Positions 22,615 to 31,451 of a DNA stretch of 38,861 bases are shown piece after piece. A program made the translations under genes and the position numbers. Numbering within the stretch: position 1 is the stretch's first letter; the number at the start of each line of letters is the position of its first letter. Source of the stretch: a virus; the IMG/VR virus record IMGVR_UViG_3300011126_000093, one strand, 5' to 3'. The notes under the pieces were generated by a model. That model was not told the DNA's origin. It was given only the letters and a program-made list of their open reading frames with translations, and did not search any database.

Positions 22615-23651
22615 TACATGCTATCCCATGAAATAATAGTTTCTGATTGCTGCTCTTGTGGCTGACTTTCGGCACCAAGTTCACGCTCTTTAACTTCAAT
22701 CTCTCTGACTTTATTTTCAATGAATGAGTTTAGCTGAGCTATTTTAGCCTCTGCGCTAGCGTCTGGATCACCCATCGTTTTCTTTAGGGCTTCACCTTCC
22801 GTTGCCGTAAATGCAGCGCCAAATGTTTGCTTTAGTAGCGGTAAAACTTGGTTATCAATAATCGCGATAAACTTAGCTCTAGCCTCTGCACCTTTCGTTG
22901 CTCCAAATCCAGCCTCTTTAGCCAAGAAATCAAAAGCCTTTCCTGAATAAGTATTGGTAGCCACAGGCGCAAGAGTTTTCAGGGAATCAACAACCCCAAT
23001 CAGACTTGGAAGCGCAGCCTTTGCTGAATCAAGCTGAGTCACGCTTTCGCCCTTGCTCTTACCTTGCACTTCGGCAGCTTTAACCGCTCGTGCAATATCA
23101 GCCTTGGCCTTGCCTACGATATTAGAAGTGGTTGAAATGCCACGGGACTTGCCTTCTTCGGCAGCTTGAGCTTTGGCCCCAGCTATAATTGATTCAGATT
23201 CGGCAACTTCCCCAGCTTTACCAGTATCTGATATTGTCATCGCGCTAGAACCTACAGCTCTTGGAGCCAAGCCAAGCTTAATGCGGCGTGCCTGCTCTTT
23301 TTCTTCAGGCGTCATCCCGGCGGTTAGTTGCTCGAACTCTTGCTGACTTAGGCTTGATACATTGCCTTGCGCCTCGCGTCGCTGCTTCATCATCCCAGTT
23401 ACCTGCGATACAAACTCAGGAGCAATCTGAATGGCTTGCATAAACGCTTGCTGTGAGGCTTGCGGATCGGTATCAGATAGCTGCGAGGCTTGGTCTAGTA
23501 GCTGCATAGCTTGCTGCTGCTTCTGCGTGTTAGCTTCAGCGGCCTGTTTGTTTTGATATCCTTGAGCTAGCGCTTCAATACCTTGGCCAATCGCATTTGA
23601 GCGATTCTGGCCAGCCTGAATGAATCCGCCAAACATATTGCCGTTAGCCAT
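22614..23651 (-). CDS. internal virion / DNA-ejection protein (P22 gp20 position)
   Basis: Synteny; Q/A-rich; TAATG-coupled to both neighbours. Confidence 0.45.
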   Translation of the reverse strand: MANGNMFGGFIQAGQNRSNAIGQGIEALAQGYQNKQAAEANTQKQQQAMQLLDQASQLSDTDPQASQQAFMQAIQIAPEFVSQVTGMMKQRREAQGNVSSLSQQEFEQLTAGMTPEEKEQARRIKLGLAPRAVGSSAMTISDTGKAGEVAESESIIAGAKAQAAEEGKSRGISTTSNIVGKAKADIARAVKAAEVQGKSKGESVTQLDSAKAALPSLIGVVDSLKTLAPVATNTYSGKAFDFLAKEAGFGATKGAEARAKFIAIIDNQVLPLLKQTFGAAFTATEGEALKKTMGDPDASAEAKIAQLNSFIENKVREIEVKERELGAESQPQEQQSETIISWDSM

Positions 23652-24379
23652 TAGATGTTGCTCCCGATATTATAGCCAAGACCAATTCCAGCAGCGCCAG
23701 CACCGGGTATTAGAGCTGCCAAACCTGCACCAGCCAAGCCACCAAGCATATTAGGCTGCATAGCCGCCGCATTAGCCGCCTGTAGGTTTATATTCGCAAT
23801 GTTACCCAGTGCTCCAGCCTGTCCAGCAGTAGTGCTCTGAAGGCCTTGGAGTTGTGTACCCATTGCGCCCAGACCAAGATTTACACCTTGGCCTAGCTCA
23901 TTAAGCCGGTTTTGGTATGATTGGTTGGCGTAGTTAGTCGCAAGCTGCCCAGTATTGCTAAGTACGTCACGCTGAATACCAGAAGATAAGCGATTTCCGA
24001 GAGCTGCTGAGTTAGAAACCAACTGATCTGTTGCCGCGCCTGCAATGTTCTGGAACTCCTGACCCTCAAGAGCGCGCTGCATGTAGCCTTCCCTGCCACC
24101 GCTAGTCAGTAGTTCTTGGAATTCAGGGAGGAATGATTCTCCCGCCTCCCGGTATGGCGCGGTCATTTCAAGGAAGCCTTGATACTGCTGAGCGTATAAG
24201 TCTGATATTTCTTGCTGAGTGGCAGCCGCTTCCTTCGCTGCATCCTCAAGTGAATCATCAGGCTCAAGAGCGGAGGCTGGGTCTGTCATTCCACCAACTA
24301 TCCCGCCAAGACCAATATTCGTTAAACCTTGGTCGGTTGTTGGGTCGATACTAGATAGCCCATCCTTTACTTTTCCCAT
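23651..24379 (-). CDS. internal virion / DNA-ejection protein (P22 gp7 position), with a Gly/Ala-rich C-terminus
   Basis: Synteny; C-terminal GGLAGAGLAALIPGAGAAGIGLGYNIG. Confidence 0.45.
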   Translation of the reverse strand: MGKVKDGLSSIDPTTDQGLTNIGLGGIVGGMTDPASALEPDDSLEDAAKEAAATQQEISDLYAQQYQGFLEMTAPYREAGESFLPEFQELLTSGGREGYMQRALEGQEFQNIAGAATDQLVSNSAALGNRLSSGIQRDVLSNTGQLATNYANQSYQNRLNELGQGVNLGLGAMGTQLQGLQSTTAGQAGALGNIANINLQAANAAAMQPNMLGGLAGAGLAALIPGAGAAGIGLGYNIGSNI

Positions 24380-24849
24380 TACAATAGCCTCTCGATTTCT
24401 TTTCTTGTTGCACCTAGGCGCATTCTGTCTAATAGTTTACCACCTTTGAGTATTGACTTTCTATCAATGCCCTCAATGATTAAGCCAAACTTCAAGCAAA
24501 ACCCAATAACATCCGGGTAGCAAACTGGAACGCAAGCATTAACCTTCAAGATGCTAGGGTAGGATTTAAACAATTTTATAGCCGCCATATTGACAAGGCT
24601 GTGTGCGTGCTCCCTTTTGCCACTCAAGAAGTTACAATGAACACTTACCGTGATTGAACTTTCTGGCTCGAAAATAACAACTCCGCACAAATCACTACCA
24701 TAAAAACAACCATATATAACCTCAGAGGCGGAAAAGCTTATTGTTAAGTTAGGATCGTTACACTTGTCGTTTCCGATTCTCTCGAACAATTCAGGGTCTG
24801 ACATTATCTCTATGGCTTCGTCTTGCGATATAGTTTTAATTGAGTACAT
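24379..24849 (-). CDS. GNAT-like acetyltransferase-fold protein (P22 gp14 position)
   Basis: C-terminal ...KVNACVPVCYPDVIGFCLKFGLIIEGIDRKSILKGGKLLDRMRLG fits the GNAT beta-alpha-beta ending (N..s..l..k.GF..EG..r). GC content is lower than the flanking genes. Confidence 0.5.
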   Translation of the reverse strand: MYSIKTISQDEAIEIMSDPELFERIGNDKCNDPNLTISFSASEVIYGCFYGSDLCGVVIFEPESSITVSVHCNFLSGKREHAHSLVNMAAIKLFKSYPSILKVNACVPVCYPDVIGFCLKFGLIIEGIDRKSILKGGKLLDRMRLGATRKEIERLL

Positions 24850-25367
24850 TACCCCACCCTTATGAAGTCGCCAGCTTCACCGTTTGATATTTTTGCGAAT
24901 GAATACCAGCTTGTTCCAATAGATGGGTTTCCAGTAGGGTCTGCCGTTATCCCGGTACTTTGCAATCTCACACCTTGAAGACCTGTACTTGGAACTGTTG
25001 TGCCGCTATTTATTGTTGCACCTGTATTGTTGAATAGAACACGAGTAGTGCCAATCGGGGTAGTTGTGTAGTCAACCGGAGGTACTGATGCGAATGATGA
25101 TGGTATTGCATCGCCAACAGAAAAGGCCTGCCCGCCCCTTAGTGAGTGCCATTCTGTATCTTTTAGGTATATATCAAAGCCAAGGTAGATGGCTGTATAT
25201 TCGTCCGAGTCAGGAAAGGTTGTACCCTCAAGATCTTCATAGTGAACAACCTCCGGCAAGGATATTAGCTGTTGCTGAGCAAGCCTTAGCCAGTCAACCA
25301 TTTCAGGGCCAAACCCTGTAAGTAATCGAAACGCTTCATCAGGAAGCTGTATCTGACCTCTGATCAC
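24849..25367 (-). CDS. tail needle/plug-position protein (P22 gp26 position), 172 aa
   Basis: Called from synteny only; no motif recognised. Confidence 0.35.
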   Translation of the reverse strand: MIRGQIQLPDEAFRLLTGFGPEMVDWLRLAQQQLISLPEVVHYEDLEGTTFPDSDEYTAIYLGFDIYLKDTEWHSLRGGQAFSVGDAIPSSFASVPPVDYTTTPIGTTRVLFNNTGATINSGTTVPSTGLQGVRLQSTGITADPTGNPSIGTSWYSFAKISNGEAGDFIRVG

Positions 25368-26911
25368 TGTTCGCGACCTCCTGATTTTATCCTACTCATT
25401 AGTTTGATAATTTTTGAAGGGAAAGCATTTTCGAACCGCAATTTAATAACAACAGCTTGTCGGAATAATCCCCAGTTTAAAAAGCGAGTTCGTGCGCTAT
25501 CAGAGCTAACAACTGAGTTTCTTTCTGCTCCGTAGGTGCCGCCAAAGTCCTTAGATACTGCAACGTAAACGCTTTGATCTGTATCACCATCAATCGAACA
25601 TATTGGCTCAAGCTCTGAAACCTTAATATTTTGCTGATTGGCATTTATTGGCCCGGTCTCACAGAACCGATCCGGAGTTAATCCAAACTCCTGCCCAGAG
25701 CTAGAAATAGGCTTTGAAAGCTCAAATGAAATAAGGCCGCCACCAACCGTGACATTACTTCCAACAAAAAGATCTTGACCGTAAGCCGTGCCATAACCAG
25801 TAACTGACCAACGGTCTCCGTCACTACTCATTTCAAACCAGCGCTTATCTGTAATGTTGTAGCAGAATGTCAGGTCATCGACACTCACTGACAGAATGTC
25901 ACGTCCCTTATCACGATAACCGAAAAGCTTAACTTTCCTTAGTATGTCAAATGAGTCCAAGCCTTTGATTTTTTCATTGATAGCATAATCAACTGCTGGC
26001 GTTGATACGCGGACAGAACCAATAGCTACTACAGAATAAGACCCGCTTTCTGTTCGCCCTAAAACGAATAGCGAGCCTTTAACTTCTGCTTTTGCATGTG
26101 GGCCTGCGCACCCAATAGGAAGCGTTGCCGACCTCTGCCATTGGAATGGCGTGCTTGCTGAGCTGGTAATTGTGAACAGGAAAGCATTGTCAGCATCAAA
26201 AACCCATAAAGCCCCGTTTAAATTATGCGCCCCGGTCAGCCTTGAGACAGAGTTGTCAGGACTGAAAAACTGAGTAGCCTTTGGGAGTGTCGCGCCAATG
26301 TCAGAATAATAGCAGCGGAAACGATCTGAACCTGTATCGTCATAACTAACCCAGATTATCCGACCGCCAGCAAAAACAATATCGTGAAATTTAGGATTCA
26401 ATGGGAACTCAGATAACACATTAATGGCCGAAGCACTAGTTCCGGGATATGAAATCTCGCAGTATGAACCGTTGCTTGAAACACCAGCAGCGTAAGCCGG
26501 TGAGCATATAATAATATCATCCTGAGATAGTGCTATCCGCGCATAATCAAATCCGTCAGCAAAATCCAGCTTTGTTGGCTTACCTGCATCGCCACGATAA
26601 AACATAGCGTAGGTCTGATAAGGAACCAGTACAGCATCGCCAGCGCTAGCGGTTGCCAAGGCATTTGGTGACACTGAAACAGTGGTTGATTGAGAGGTAA
26701 TCACACCAGCGGTTGCAGATGAATAGTCCTGAGTTGCTGAACCGCTTGTAGCGGTTTGGTCGGCTATTAAATCCAACCCTGATGGGCACTCAAGCATATT
26801 GGTAGACAGTGAGCCGTTAGGTTCATTAATCGGAATCAGGTTAACGCAACGACGCGCACTGTTCTTTAGCGTAGTCGATTCATAGAAGCCGTTTAGTGGG
26901 ATTTCTTGCAT
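25364..26911 (-). CDS. gp10-like tail hub protein
   Basis: The N-terminus MQEIPLNGFYES...VNLIP and the C-terminus ...FLNWGLFRQAVVIKLRFEN...KIIKLMSRIK parallel P22 gp10 (MPIQQLP...; ...RVGRIRRLIGFKLRV). Confidence 0.6.
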   Translation of the reverse strand: MQEIPLNGFYESTTLKNSARRCVNLIPINEPNGSLSTNMLECPSGLDLIADQTATSGSATQDYSSATAGVITSQSTTVSVSPNALATASAGDAVLVPYQTYAMFYRGDAGKPTKLDFADGFDYARIALSQDDIIICSPAYAAGVSSNGSYCEISYPGTSASAINVLSEFPLNPKFHDIVFAGGRIIWVSYDDTGSDRFRCYYSDIGATLPKATQFFSPDNSVSRLTGAHNLNGALWVFDADNAFLFTITSSASTPFQWQRSATLPIGCAGPHAKAEVKGSLFVLGRTESGSYSVVAIGSVRVSTPAVDYAINEKIKGLDSFDILRKVKLFGYRDKGRDILSVSVDDLTFCYNITDKRWFEMSSDGDRWSVTGYGTAYGQDLFVGSNVTVGGGLISFELSKPISSSGQEFGLTPDRFCETGPINANQQNIKVSELEPICSIDGDTDQSVYVAVSKDFGGTYGAERNSVVSSDSARTRFLNWGLFRQAVVIKLRFENAFPSKIIKLMSRIKSGGREQ

Positions 26912-28365
26912 TATCGTTTACTCAGAAACAGGAATGATTCAGTGTCAGCCGTAACATTTGTTGTGTCAGATAGATTTGCCACTTGCAGCTTAAGGTAATC
27001 ACCATCGTCCAAATCAACCGGGACGACATTGACAAAAAACACACGGTCAGCCGTTAAAACCCTGTTTTCTATAACTTCAGTCTGAGAGGCCACATCAACA
27101 AAGGAAGAAGCCGACTCATCCCATTTGACCAGTTTTATAGTTACCTCATCACCGTTGCCGCCGATCAAGTCAATATTGTAGTTTGCAGAATATTCCTGTG
27201 GGCTTGACGTGTCATGCCTTATCTGACCATTTGCTGGGGAGCTAAAATGGTCTAGGTTGCTCGCAGCCCAAGTTCCAGCCAAGTCGTAAAAAGTACCGGA
27301 AGAAGCTATTGAGGTGGCAGAGCTAGATGATACAGAAAGCTTTCCGCCTTGCGATGTGTTGCGAATGCCTACGCAGCCCTCCCACTTTGAACACAGGTTT
27401 GTCTGATCCATATTAGGGGTGATGGTGGTGTCAGATGGGTCAAAAACGCCATTCCGCTGAAGCTGAGCGCCATTAAGCTGTACTGTATTGTCATTAGGGA
27501 ACATCGCTGGCGTGAAATCAAAGAAGGCCGCAGTAGAGCCTAAATCTGCATTTATATCAGAGAAGAATCGGTTCTGCATTGAGAAGCCGGGGCCCGCTTT
27601 AAAGAGCGGGTCGGTCATTGCGTCACTTATTCCAAATACATTTGTCGTACTGATACGATAGCCGCCAGACCATGCCCCGGTAAGCGTTAGTGATGGAGTG
27701 CTACCAAACATACCACAACCAACCTCAAGACCCTGACGATAACCGTCTATTTCGCCTCTGTTTGTGCATCCAACAAAATTGACCTTGTTAAATTCAATCG
27801 CGCTATTTCCATCCACTGAAACAAGATCAAAAACCTGCGACCCAGAACCGTCCGTGGTTACATACAAATCCTGAAGAAAGACATTCCCAGAGCCACCAAC
27901 TGGTGAGGTGAACATGGTGTAGCTATCGTCATTACAGATTAGTCCGAAGTTATCCAGCGAAAATCCGACAATACTCAAGCCGCCTAAGGGAACTTCGATT
28001 GATACACCTGTGCCAGTAAGGTCAATAACTCCATCCACCGCATATACAACATTGCTTGATAGGGTGCCGGATAGGTCGCCAGCTGTTTTGACTACTGATA
28101 AATATTCAAAAGTCTTGCCGTTAAGCGTGATTATGTCTGATTGAGCGGCTGCCAATCCAGACTCGACCGCATCCATTTCAGACTGTAGCTCTGCAATATC
28201 ATCATAAGCTTCTTGATCAAGCGATATAATGGATTCACGCAACGGAACCCGCGCCATTCTGTTTCCTTCAGCCGCAATAGGATCATACACAATAGCCTGC
28301 GCAGTCGAGGACAGTGATTTTTCTTCAATCTGGCTGGCATTACGCTTTTTCGTTAAATCAACCAC
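26911..28365 (-). CDS. second tail-fibre/spike-like protein (484 aa, GTG start)
   Basis: The N-terminus MVDLTKKRNASQIEE..LSS...IVYD..A.EGNRMARV parallels the tailspike N-terminus. SD GAGGAG. Inserted between the gp4-like and gp10-like genes. Confidence 0.55.
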   Translation of the reverse strand: MVDLTKKRNASQIEEKSLSSTAQAIVYDPIAAEGNRMARVPLRESIISLDQEAYDDIAELQSEMDAVESGLAAAQSDIITLNGKTFEYLSVVKTAGDLSGTLSSNVVYAVDGVIDLTGTGVSIEVPLGGLSIVGFSLDNFGLICNDDSYTMFTSPVGGSGNVFLQDLYVTTDGSGSQVFDLVSVDGNSAIEFNKVNFVGCTNRGEIDGYRQGLEVGCGMFGSTPSLTLTGAWSGGYRISTTNVFGISDAMTDPLFKAGPGFSMQNRFFSDINADLGSTAAFFDFTPAMFPNDNTVQLNGAQLQRNGVFDPSDTTITPNMDQTNLCSKWEGCVGIRNTSQGGKLSVSSSSATSIASSGTFYDLAGTWAASNLDHFSSPANGQIRHDTSSPQEYSANYNIDLIGGNGDEVTIKLVKWDESASSFVDVASQTEVIENRVLTADRVFFVNVVPVDLDDGDYLKLQVANLSDTTNVTADTESFLFLSKR

Positions 28366-28368
28366 GCG

Positions 28369-28860
28369 TTACTCCTCAAAGCTAATTATAAAGCCGTCAT
28401 CATCAGTGATGGATACATCAGCATCAGTTGTTAGGTCTTCAATGTAGTCCGTACCTAAGTTCTGATACTGCGCATAAGTATTACACCCGCGAGTATTGCC
28501 AGCACCAAGCGGCATGTAAGGGTTGCTAATGCTACGAGGTGGGATAATGCTAAACAGCGCCTTGTAGGCGTTACCGGCGTTCAGGCGGTAAGTTGGCGAA
28601 ATAAACAAATCTAATTGATCCGCAAGCTCGCAGGCTAGGTTCATGCGAGTTACTTTTAAGAACTGAACTAACAGCCCGGATTCATCAGTAATGGCAGTGG
28701 TCTCATCTTGAAGGTATCCAATATCAATACCCTCATTCAGCCATGCCGCCATCATTTGATCTAGCGTACGAAGGCCACGCGCAAGCAAAGACGCATCATA
28801 GTCGCCATTGAATGAAATATCATCTAAAGCTTGCTCTATGATCGTCTGCTTTGTTGTCAT
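28369..28860 (-). CDS. gp4-like head-to-tail adaptor
   Basis: TLDQMMAAWLNEGIDIGY, NLACELAD and YMPLGAGNTRG parallel P22 gp4 (DLEAMMAEWYQDG, NLACRIAPDY, MPTGSGN). Confidence 0.6.
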   Translation of the reverse strand: MTTKQTIIEQALDDISFNGDYDASLLARGLRTLDQMMAAWLNEGIDIGYLQDETTAITDESGLLVQFLKVTRMNLACELADQLDLFISPTYRLNAGNAYKALFSIIPPRSISNPYMPLGAGNTRGCNTYAQYQNLGTDYIEDLTTDADVSITDDDGFIISFEE

Positions 28861-29157
28861 TTACTCAATACCTACTTCTGCTTTAGCTTCGGCTTCTGCA
28901 AGCTGCTTTTCCATCGTCTCGATTTTAGCACGACCGCCCGGATTAATTCCGTATGACTTTAGCTTCTCGCGAATCTCTCGCTCATAGTCGCCACCATCAA
29001 CGCCAGCGCCTTCTACTTCGGCTTTTACTTCATCTAACGACGAAACCCAGCCATCAGCTAAGTATTCGGCCTTTAGCTTACTTTCAATGGCTTTTACTGT
29101 GTAGCTAGTACCGTCTTTAGTGACCCAATCGCCACCGGCTTTAAATACGTGAATCAT
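28861..29157 (-). CDS. hypothetical virion-module protein (98 aa)
   Basis: ORF track; lies between the coat-gene terminator and the adaptor gene. Confidence 0.5.
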   Translation of the reverse strand: MIHVFKAGGDWVTKDGTSYTVKAIESKLKAEYLADGWVSSLDEVKAEVEGAGVDGGDYEREIREKLKSYGINPGGRAKIETMEKQLAEAEAKAEVGIE

Positions 29158-29166
29158 AGATAGTCC

Positions 29167-29190
29167 TCAAAAAAGGGGCCGAAGCCCCTT
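29167..29190 (-). terminator. Rho-independent terminator after the major capsid gene
   Basis: Minus strand reads AAGGGGC-TTCG-GCCCCTT followed by TTTTTG. Confidence 0.7.
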
Positions 29191-29196
29191 GTTAGG

Positions 29197-30417
29197 TTAC
29201 TGACCAGTTAAGCAAACCGCGATGCGTTCAGGGTGCTTAGCAACTACATCAAAGTAAGCAACGCCTTTACAGTGCATATCACCAGTATGGAAGTCTTTTT
29301 CCATGGTCATCACTAAAGGAATGCCGTTTTCAGTAGTTGTAACAACCTCATCCACACCCGGCCCACCAAGAGGCAGCTGTCCCGGCACCAATAGCAGAGA
29401 CTCAGGAGTGTAGAAGATTGACGGTGCTGAAGTGGTAGTGTTCAGAATTGTTACCGCAGCCGTGTCAGCCGCTACAGCGTCACAGTTGGCGTAAGGGCCA
29501 GTAGTAACAATAGCCGGACTAATGGTTAATGCTGAAGCCGTACCACCGATTACCGTAAAGGTCTGAAGGCTGCCGGTAGACTCGCGCGTTTCAGGGTTCA
29601 ATGCAAACACGTTAGCGATTGTGAACTTAGTGCCTCGCGGCATGTTAGTAATCGTTCCGGTATTAACATTTAGAGTCATACGGCGGTTGTCGTAGAACTC
29701 AGTAGTTGAACCTGTAACGTAAGTCTGCGGTGTGTGAGACTGAGCACCATTAACCGTTACGCCAGTCTGACTGTTACCAGCTAAGGTTTTGCGGTAGTCA
29801 GCGCGCATGGTATCAAACGTCTGAAGCATAGGAAGTTTTGCACGAGTAAGTGCGTCCTTCGGAATGCCGTCAGTATATTGATAAGCACCAAGCTGCTGAG
29901 CCACGCCAGAGTAGTCAGGCAAAGAAAGGAATGCTTTCTTGTTGTAACCACCTAAGCCACGATCTGCCATTAGTACTTCGACATCAGCAGCAGTCTGCCA
30001 TTCAAAAGCAGAAGCAGAAGAGTACACTAGCGCACCTTCTTCAATCGCCGTTTCATAAGCCGCTACGTCAATAGCGTTGCGAATATCACGAGCGATACCC
30101 TCACCAGCCATTTTCAGTAGTCGCGGGTCACGCATTTCTTTCGCTGATATTTTGAAAAGAACGCGCTTAACTTTAGTGCGGTCAATCTTAATCATACGAT
30201 CAATCAAGTCTTGGAAGTCAGAGTCTGAAGACGTTAGACCATCCTGAACATTGAAACGGTATTCCTGCGGTAGGTATACTTGATCGTCAGTTCGCGCACC
30301 TTCAACTTCACCCATGTTGAAATTTTCAAGGGCTTTTGAGAGTGTGCAGTTAATGTCAGTGGTAGACGCTACGTCGTCCCACATTACCTTGATTTCGTTA
30401 CCGATTTCGTTAGCCAT
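29197..30417 (-). CDS. major capsid (coat) protein
   Basis: Position after the scaffold gene, 406 aa, a dedicated promoter upstream of scaffold and a terminator directly downstream. Confidence 0.7.
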   Translation of the reverse strand: MANEIGNEIKVMWDDVASTTDINCTLSKALENFNMGEVEGARTDDQVYLPQEYRFNVQDGLTSSDSDFQDLIDRMIKIDRTKVKRVLFKISAKEMRDPRLLKMAGEGIARDIRNAIDVAAYETAIEEGALVYSSASAFEWQTAADVEVLMADRGLGGYNKKAFLSLPDYSGVAQQLGAYQYTDGIPKDALTRAKLPMLQTFDTMRADYRKTLAGNSQTGVTVNGAQSHTPQTYVTGSTTEFYDNRRMTLNVNTGTITNMPRGTKFTIANVFALNPETRESTGSLQTFTVIGGTASALTISPAIVTTGPYANCDAVAADTAAVTILNTTTSAPSIFYTPESLLLVPGQLPLGGPGVDEVVTTTENGIPLVMTMEKDFHTGDMHCKGVAYFDVVAKHPERIAVCLTGQ

Positions 30418-30428
30418 TTTATATCACC

Positions 30429-31304
30429 TTAATCTTTTTGGGCGGCTCTATATTTGCGATGATTCTCTAAGCTAGGATTTGCCAGCCATTCTTTTTTAGC
30501 CGTTTCAATCCGCTTAGACTTTGCATCAATAGAACCAGTGTTTTTAAATTCGGGTTCTGGTTTAGTTTCGATTTTACGCTTCGGGCTAACCTTAACCTTT
30601 TGCGAAGCCTTGCGAAGATGACGAACAATAGCTCTCTCGTTCTGAGCATCGTTAGCCACTTGTTCAAACACTCCCGGAATTTCCGCTAGCGCTAAAACAG
30701 AAGTAGCGTAATCAATGCCATACGTTGCGCAGATTTCAGCAATACCGTAAGAGACCTGCTCAAAATCAGCACCTGCCTCGGTTACTTTCGACCTAAGCTT
30801 GTCTTCTGATTTATCGTAGGTTTTCAACTGTGAGCGCATACGTTCCGCGCTTTCTAGCTGTTCCTCAAGTACGCCGTCATCAATATTAAAAGCATTACTC
30901 GACTGCTCTTTAGTCACCACCTGACTGGATTCCCACTCACGAATCGCCTTTGCATAATTCTCAGGCTCTCCGTAGTAGTCATCAGCCTTTGGCTTTGACT
31001 TCTCAAGCAACTGAGCTTCCATGCGCTTAATACGCTGTTCAAGCTCTGTCTTTTCACGCTCCACCTTTTCACGGGCTTCGCGTTGCTTCTTAAACTTCGC
31101 TGCTTTCGCCTTAGCTACAGCTTCCCAATTCGTACTATCTTTTGCCGTTTCAGTATCTGGCTCGGCTTCAACTGTTAATTCGTACTCATCTTGATCGGTA
31201 TCAGCGTCTTGTGGTGTAACGCCTTCCTCTACTTCAGCCACCACAGCTTCGGTAGGTTGCTCAATTTCGTTCTTATCTTCAGTCATAATTCCAGAATCAC
31301 CCAT
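30429..31304 (-). CDS. scaffolding protein
   Basis: Acidic, charged, coiled-coil-type sequence (EKVEREKTELEQRIKRMEAQLLEK), located directly before the coat gene. Confidence 0.6.
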   Translation of the reverse strand: MGDSGIMTEDKNEIEQPTEAVVAEVEEGVTPQDADTDQDEYELTVEAEPDTETAKDSTNWEAVAKAKAAKFKKQREAREKVEREKTELEQRIKRMEAQLLEKSKPKADDYYGEPENYAKAIREWESSQVVTKEQSSNAFNIDDGVLEEQLESAERMRSQLKTYDKSEDKLRSKVTEAGADFEQVSYGIAEICATYGIDYATSVLALAEIPGVFEQVANDAQNERAIVRHLRKASQKVKVSPKRKIETKPEPEFKNTGSIDAKSKRIETAKKEWLANPSLENHRKYRAAQKD

Positions 31305-31362
31305 TTGAATTCTCCGTCAGGTGGTAACGTAAACACGGTAAAGCACCGTGGGGCCTATGGAC

Positions 31363-31392
31363 ATTTTACGACACTATCATTGACAAGTGCAA
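31363..31392 (-). promoter_or_regulatory. sigma70-like promoter for scaffold and coat (TTGCAC-18-TAAAAT)
   Basis: Minus strand reads TTGCACTTGTCAATGATAGTGTCGTAAAAT. The 5' UTR carries the hairpin CACGGT-GCTTT-ACCGTG. Confidence 0.5.
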
Positions 31393-31408
31393 CTTTTGAC
31401 TATAAACG

Positions 31409-31430
31409 AAAAAACCGGCACGTGGCCGGT
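31409..31430 (-). terminator. Rho-independent terminator after the 335-aa gene
   Basis: Minus strand reads ACCGGC-CACGT-GCCGGT followed by TTTTTT. Confidence 0.7.
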
Positions 31431-31451
31431 CTTCTTATTAGCTGGTTGGGG

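Noticed and set aside
24414-24436. Plus-strand box-like sequence TAGGCGC-ATTCT-GTCTAAT inside the 3' end of the GNAT-like gene.
   Set aside because: The right half is degenerate, no TAnnnT hexamer lies at the right distance (only TATTGA), and there is no downstream plus-strand gene. It is probably a chance partial match.
18521-28365. Diversity-generating retroelement targeting the two fibre genes, considered because of their shared N-termini.
   Set aside because: There is no reverse transcriptase ORF anywhere in the genome and I found no template/variable repeat pair. The similarity is at the N-terminal attachment end, not at a C-terminal variable region.
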